Source of the DNA: Candidatus Woesebacteria bacterium
GTDB taxonomy: Bacteria > Patescibacteriota > Microgenomatia > UBA1400 > MFAQ01
NCBI GenBank assembly: GCA_035389185.1
Contig: DAOORK010000001.1
Location: forward strand, 65,006-129,005
Direction of reading: 5' to 3'
Length of the DNA: 64,000 nucleotides
Position 1 is the stretch's first letter. Every line of letters begins with the position of its first letter. This document shows positions 60,311 to 64,000 of this stretch, in pieces. The position numbers and the translations under genes are program-made. The notes under the pieces were generated by a model, which saw only the letters and a program-made list of their open reading frames with translations, ran no database searches and had not been told where the DNA came from.

Positions 60311-60460
60311 TTTGTGCTCCAAGAGGGATTTGCCTCTCGATAAAACTCTGCTGAGTTTTTCTCAAGGCGGGGCTCGACGCCAGTCGCGTCTGTGCCTTTC
60401 AAATCCCTCACAATAACAAATTTAGGATATTCAACCGCAAGGGTTGGAATATCCTATTTG
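60311..60460 (-). repeat. tRNA-associated hairpin-rich element B. It lies downstream of tRNA-Arg, is bounded by a 22-nt direct repeat of the tRNA 3' end, and is homologous to element A.
   Basis: Direct repeat tttgtgctccaagagggatttg at 60311-32 and 60457-78. Outer stem gagggattt/aaatccctc. Core shares CTCTCGATAAA..CTGCTGA..CTCAAGGCGGG..CGCCAGTCGCG with element A, with compensatory changes in the helices. Hairpin with GCAAG loop at 60424-55. Confidence 0.5.
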
Positions 60461-60534
60461 TGCTCCAAGAGGGATTTGAACCCCCAACCTGCGGCTTCGA
60501 AGGCCGACGCTCTATCCAGTTGAGCTATTGGAGC
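60461..60534 (-). tRNA. tRNA-Arg (anticodon TCG)
   Basis: Reverse complement is GCTCCAATAGCTCAACTGGATAGAGCGTCGGCCTTCGAAGCCGCAGGTTGGGGGTTCAAATCCCTCTTGGAGCA. Anticodon loop CTTCGAA. There is one U-C mismatch at the top of the anticodon stem. Confidence 0.75.
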
Positions 60535-60587
60535 AATGCCTATATTTTAGCTCATTTGTGCGTTTAAATGGTAAAATACTCATGTTC

Positions 60588-60661
60588 GGGTCAGTAGCTC
60601 AGTCGGTTAGAGCACCTGCCTCTTAAGCAGGGTGTCGCGGGTTCGAGTCCCGCCTGACCCA
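60588..60661 (+). tRNA. tRNA-Lys (anticodon CTT)
   Basis: GGGTCAGTAGCTCAGTCGGTTAGAGCACCTGCCTCTTAAGCAGGGTGTCGCGGGTTCGAGTCCCGCCTGACCCA. Anticodon loop CTCTTAA. Confidence 0.85.
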
Positions 60662-60691
60662 CAAATAGATATCGTATATATTAAAGATATA

Positions 60692-61921
60692 GTGAAAAGA
60701 CTGTTAGTTTTTACATATGCACCGGCCGGACTAGGTCACCTAAGAGTAACCGATGCTCTTGTGGATAGCAGACCTAAAGATCTTTCCTATTTGATGCTTG
60801 GTTCTTATGATCGATTCATTACCAGTTTTCATCGTTTTTTTAGTGTAAATCCGATTGGGAAGTTTATTTTTACATTGAATCAGTACGGTTTCCTTGAAGA
60901 TATTGTGACGGCAATTTATAGAAGGATTCTCATTATGACAAGTGGGCAAATGTATCGACAGATGAAAAGCATTGTTCAGTCAAAACAAGACATTGATGAA
61001 ATATGGGTAATTGCAACTCATTTTGGTATGGCCCATCAGCTTGGAGCGGTAAAAGATCGTTTGGCAAAAGATACAGGAAAGAAAATTAAACTTATTGTCC
61101 AGGTGACGGATGACACCACCCAGCACATTTGGTGTATTCGAGGGGCTGACCTGACGTTTGTCCCGAGCTTACTGACAAAAGAAAAATTGTTAAAGTACGC
61201 AAGTCGTCACAAAATTGATTCGAAATATGAGGTAATCCCCTATCCTCTATGCCCGATATTGACTGCAAAACTTGACGTGAGTAAAGGACGTGACCAGGCT
61301 TTAGGGAAAAGTAAACAAAAAATCAATGTGGCTGTACCGATTTCTGGGGCATCCGTAGGTTTGAATTACGCAACGAAATTAATAACTGAGCTTTGTAAAA
61401 AGAGTGACCGATTTAAGTTTTGGGTTTTGGTAAAAAAATCAGTGTATACGGATCACTTTATAAATGAACTATCTAAACTTACCGGAGTGAGTTTGATTAC
61501 CGGAAGAAATGATAATGAGATGATTAGTCTTTACGAGTTGTTGTATCAGGAAAACTTGATCCACTTGGAAATAACGAAACCGAGTGAACAGTCTTTTAAG
61601 GCAATTTTGCCTCCTGCCTGCGTGGGAGGATCTATTTTACTTTTTACTGCACCCGTAGGTCGTCAGGAATATGAGAACATGGAGTTTCTTAAAAGGCACG
61701 GGCTGATGCCTGGTTATCTGGACACAACTCCAAGAGCGATAAGCTTGCCGGAAAATCCTTTGAAAGCGGCCGATTTTGTGATTCAGAGTTTAGAGACAGG
61801 GTTATTTTTAAGAATGAGTTTACCTTCCTTCCAATTTTCTGAGGCTTCAATGAAGTCAGGTGAGGTTGGTTCTTCGGGGTCAGAAGATTTTTGGAAAAAG
61901 GTTGAGAGTCTTCTCGGTTGA
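60692..61921 (+). CDS. GT-B glycosyltransferase, MGDG-synthase/UgtP-like (GT28 family)
   Basis: N-terminal KRLLVFTYAPAGLGHLRVTDALVD resembles the MGDG_synth/MurG N-domain. C-terminal GGSILLFTAPVGRQEYENMEFL is a GT-B C-domain. GTG start at 60692 is chosen because the upstream part of the track ORF overlaps tRNA-Lys. Confidence 0.55.
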   Translation: MKRLLVFTYAPAGLGHLRVTDALVDSRPKDLSYLMLGSYDRFITSFHRFFSVNPIGKFIFTLNQYGFLEDIVTAIYRRILIMTSGQMYRQMKSIVQSKQDIDEIWVIATHFGMAHQLGAVKDRLAKDTGKKIKLIVQVTDDTTQHIWCIRGADLTFVPSLLTKEKLLKYASRHKIDSKYEVIPYPLCPILTAKLDVSKGRDQALGKSKQKINVAVPISGASVGLNYATKLITELCKKSDRFKFWVLVKKSVYTDHFINELSKLTGVSLITGRNDNEMISLYELLYQENLIHLEITKPSEQSFKAILPPACVGGSILLFTAPVGRQEYENMEFLKRHGLMPGYLDTTPRAISLPENPLKAADFVIQSLETGLFLRMSLPSFQFSEASMKSGEVGSSGSEDFWKKVESLLG

Positions 61922-61952
61922 AGTTTTTGATTATCGGTGTTAACGTTAGTGT

Positions 61953-62636
61953 GTGGCAGACACTAAAGAATCATATGATGTAAGTAAATTCGAACATCCT
62001 TCGGTAACGGTTGATGTTCTTTTTTTTACGATTAAAGACGATAAGCTTCAAGTTTTACTTATAAAAAGAGCTCAATGGCCTTATGAAGGTTCGTGGGCAA
62101 TACCGGGAGGTTTTGTAAAAATGGAAGAAGACCTGGATACTGCGGCCAGGAGAGAGATATCCGAGGAGTGCGGTGTAGATATCCCCTATTTGGAACAGCT
62201 GTACACTTTTGGTGACCCAAAGCGAGATCCTAGAACTCGCGTAATTACTGTTGCCTACTACGCACTGGCTCCTTATAAGGAAATAAAAAACATACAGTCT
62301 GATGAAGTTGTCGAGGCGAAGTTTTTTCCTGTTGAAAGCTTACCCAAAATGGCCTTTGATCATAAACACATTATTGAAGTCGGTTTTGGCAGATTACGGA
62401 AGAAAATTGGATATAGCAATATTGCTTTCGGATTACTGCCGGAGTATTTTTCTCTTTCCGATATTCAAAAAACTTATGAAGTTATTAATGGTCGATCTCT
62501 GGATAAACGTAACTTTAGGAAATGGATGCTGGGTTCTGGTTTGCTTGAATCTACCTCAAAAAAATCAGTTGGGGTGGCACACCGACCAGCGATGCTTTAT
62601 CGATTTGCAAAGAGAGACGTAGTATTTTTGAACTAA
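61953..62636 (+). CDS. NUDIX hydrolase with C-terminal winged-helix-like domain (NrtR-like)
   Basis: Nudix box GGFVKMEEDLDTAARREISEECGV. ~90-aa C-terminal extension. GTG start. Terminator at 62641-62656. Confidence 0.65.
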   Translation: MADTKESYDVSKFEHPSVTVDVLFFTIKDDKLQVLLIKRAQWPYEGSWAIPGGFVKMEEDLDTAARREISEECGVDIPYLEQLYTFGDPKRDPRTRVITVAYYALAPYKEIKNIQSDEVVEAKFFPVESLPKMAFDHKHIIEVGFGRLRKKIGYSNIAFGLLPEYFSLSDIQKTYEVINGRSLDKRNFRKWMLGSGLLESTSKKSVGVAHRPAMLYRFAKRDVVFLN

Positions 62637-62640
62637 AAAA

Positions 62641-62656
62641 GTTACCCGAAGGTAAC
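62641..62656. terminator. Bidirectional terminator hairpin
   Basis: Hairpin gttacc-cgaa-ggtaac flanked by an A-run and TTTTAAG. Confidence 0.55.
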
Positions 62657-62678
62657 TTTTAAGTTGTATGTTATCGAC

Positions 62679-63137
62679 TCAATTCAGCTGAGGCGACGAG
62701 GCGTAGGCTCGGGCTGCAAACTGAATTGTAAAGAAGAACTGACCGTCTTGTTCGACAATGAATTCATCGTTGAGCAAGTTATTAAACGGGAAGAAAGAGC
62801 GATTGCGGGCCTTCAGGTTAAAGACGTCAATTTCGTCTTTATTGAAGGGTAGCCAGCCCTTTCCTCGTTCTTGACAAAAACGTACAAGAACGTTTGCCGA
62901 TGCTTCAGTTTCAGAATTACCAAAAGCGTCAAAAAAGTGCATTGAGGTGTCGATATCTTCAGGTTTAATGGGACATCTGACTTGATCATTGATGATATCT
63001 GTCACAAGATCCTCCTTAGAAATATGTTGTAGCCGAATTGTAGCATTAAAAGACAGAAAAGTCAAGCTATAGGATAATATAGATGACGAAGTCCGCCTCT
63101 CGTATTTCGTTTTTTGTCTTAAATAAAAACTCTCCAT
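62679..63137 (-). CDS. Hypothetical protein (start uncertain; alternative Met at 62942)
   Basis: ORF without a convincing RBS at either candidate start. No motif. Confidence 0.3.
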   Translation of the reverse strand: MESFYLRQKTKYERRTSSSILSYSLTFLSFNATIRLQHISKEDLVTDIINDQVRCPIKPEDIDTSMHFFDAFGNSETEASANVLVRFCQERGKGWLPFNKDEIDVFNLKARNRSFFPFNNLLNDEFIVEQDGQFFFTIQFAARAYASSPQLN

Positions 63138-63159
63138 GAAGAAAAGATTTTTAGATTTA

Positions 63160-63313
63160 GGGTGGATGACGGGATTCGGTCACCGATATTTGCTTCGCAA
63201 ATTCGTCGACCCCGGCGTTTGCCGCACGTTACGTGCCGCAAGCCGCCATCCGAGTCCCATTTATTTGTCTCAATAAAACAAAACGCACCACAAGGGTGCA
63301 TTTTATTCTATTG
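63160..63313 (-). repeat. tRNA-associated hairpin-rich element C. It lies downstream of tRNA-His and is bounded by a 19-nt direct repeat of the tRNA 3' end.
   Basis: Direct repeat gggtggatgacgggattcg at 63160-78 and 63313-31. Outer stem gggattcgg/ccgagtccc (63171-79 / 63250-58). CGATA followed by hairpin ATTTGC-TTC-GCAAAT (63187-201). Further hairpins cggc-gttt-gccg and gcacg-tta-cgtgc. ACAAG-loop hairpin at 63285-99. Confidence 0.45.
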
Positions 63314-63388
63314 GGTGGATGACGGGATTCGAACCCGCGATCTCCTCCTCCACAGGGAGGCGCTTTAGCCAGCTAAGCTACATCCACC
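63314..63388 (-). tRNA. tRNA-His (anticodon GTG) with encoded G-1
   Basis: Reverse complement is G-GTGGATGTAGCTTAGCTGGCTAAAGCGCCTCCCTGTGGAGGAGGAGATCGCGGGTTCGAATCCCGTCATCCACC-C. Anticodon loop CTGTGGA. G-1 pairs with C73. Confidence 0.8.
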
Positions 63389-63438
63389 ATATAATTTCGA
63401 ACTTATATATTTTATCATTTGAGGTAAAATATAACCAT

Positions 63439-63512
63439 CGGGGTGTAGCTCAGATGGCTAGAGTACTGCGTTTGGGACGCAGGGGTCGTGAGTTCGAGTC
63501 TCACCACCCCGA
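63439..63512 (+). tRNA. tRNA-Pro (anticodon TGG)
   Basis: CGGGGTGTAGCTCAGATGGCTAGAGTACTGCGTTTGGGACGCAGGGGTCGTGAGTTCGAGTCTCACCACCCCGA. Anticodon loop TTTGGGA. Confidence 0.8.
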
Positions 63513-63519
63513 CAAAAAA

Positions 63520-64000
63520 ATGAAAGACGTTCGATTAATTTCATATCAAAAGAAGTTCAACTATTCGTATTCGTTGGGCGTCTTTCCGACGATTGAGTTG
63601 ATGGAAAATAGACCAGAGAAGGTTATCAAAATTATCTTTCATCCAAAAGGAAAAGAGAACAAGGGGGTCAAAAAACTAATTTCTTTTGCCACAAGTAAAG
63701 GTGTTCGTACAGAGTGGAGTGAGGGTTTGATCAAAAAAATAGGCGGAAATGACAATACCTATGCTGTTGGAGTGTTTAATAAGTATCAAGAAGAGGTTGA
63801 ACCGAGAGTGAATCACCTGGTGCTGGCAAATCCCGAAGATGGTGGCAATTTGGGCACGATGATAAGAACTGCCTTGGCATTTGGAATCAAGGATATTGCC
63901 GTGATTCGACCCGCAGTAGATATTTTTGATCCAAAGGTGGTCAGAGCCTCGATGGGATCGATTTTTAAGGTCAATATTGAGTATTTTGATGATTTTACGG
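63520..64000 (+). CDS. SpoU/TrmH-class RNA 2'-O-methyltransferase (3' end outside the window). Not in the supplied ORF track.
   Basis: ATG at 63520. Frame is open to the window end. HLVLANPEDGGNLGTMIRTALAFGIKDIAVI matches the SPOUT class IV methyltransferase motifs. Confidence 0.7.
   Translation, partial: MKDVRLISYQKKFNYSYSLGVFPTIELMENRPEKVIKIIFHPKGKENKGVKKLISFATSKGVRTEWSEGLIKKIGGNDNTYAVGVFNKYQEEVEPRVNHLVLANPEDGGNLGTMIRTALAFGIKDIAVIRPAVDIFDPKVVRASMGSIFKVNIEYFDDFT

Noticed and set aside
60632-60691. ATG start of the glycosyltransferase ORF at 60632
   Set aside because: It would overlap the 3' half of tRNA-Lys (60588-60661). An in-frame GTG at 60692 gives an N-terminus matching the GT-B family.

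Overview
This 64 kb window looks like a gene-dense chromosomal segment from a reduced-genome bacterium. It uses the standard genetic code (TGA is used as a stop) and most genes have strong AGGAGG-type Shine-Dalgarno sequences. Several features are consistent with a Candidate Phyla Radiation (Patescibacteria)-like organism, but that is an inference: many short genes with 4-nt ATGA overlaps, several unusually short versions of core proteins, and a type IV pilus locus with no secretin gene. Core content: cysS (partial), ychF, rpsF-ssb-rpsR, ctpA, prfA, rpmE, dnaB, coaD, efp, lspA-rluD, a Kef-type antiporter, yebC, a XerD-like recombinase, gyrB-ppa-gyrA, a complete type IV pilus locus (pilB-pilT-pilC-pilin-pilD, seven tandem pilin-like genes, pilX-like, pilM/N/O), rpsP, rnc, nusB-like, rpmF, recG, a class A PBP, and infC-rpmI-rplT-pheS-pheT. 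There are eight tRNA genes (Leu-CAA, Val-GAC, Leu-TAG, Arg-TCG, Lys-CTT, His-GTG, Pro-TGG) plus one truncated tRNA-Leu copy. Most noteworthy: (1) three minus-strand tRNAs (Leu-TAG, Arg-TCG, His-GTG) are each followed by a ~150-nt hairpin-rich element. Each element ends in a direct repeat of that tRNA's own 3' terminus, and the Leu-TAG and Arg-TCG copies share a conserved core whose helices show compensatory base changes. (2) A 1.1 kb AT-rich ORF-free region lies upstream of the recombinase. It carries two perfect DnaA boxes, four tandem CCTATAAT iteron-like repeats and several perfect hairpins, so it is a candidate replication origin or att/iteron region. (3) A GTATTAW heptad array occurs at two loci. 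(4) A GIY-YIG nuclease, a hypothetical protein, an N-extended QueC-like ATPase and an N-extended Nudix hydrolase form one cluster. (5) Two tandem paralogous small zinc-ribbon proteins. No CRISPR array and no rRNA gene were found.
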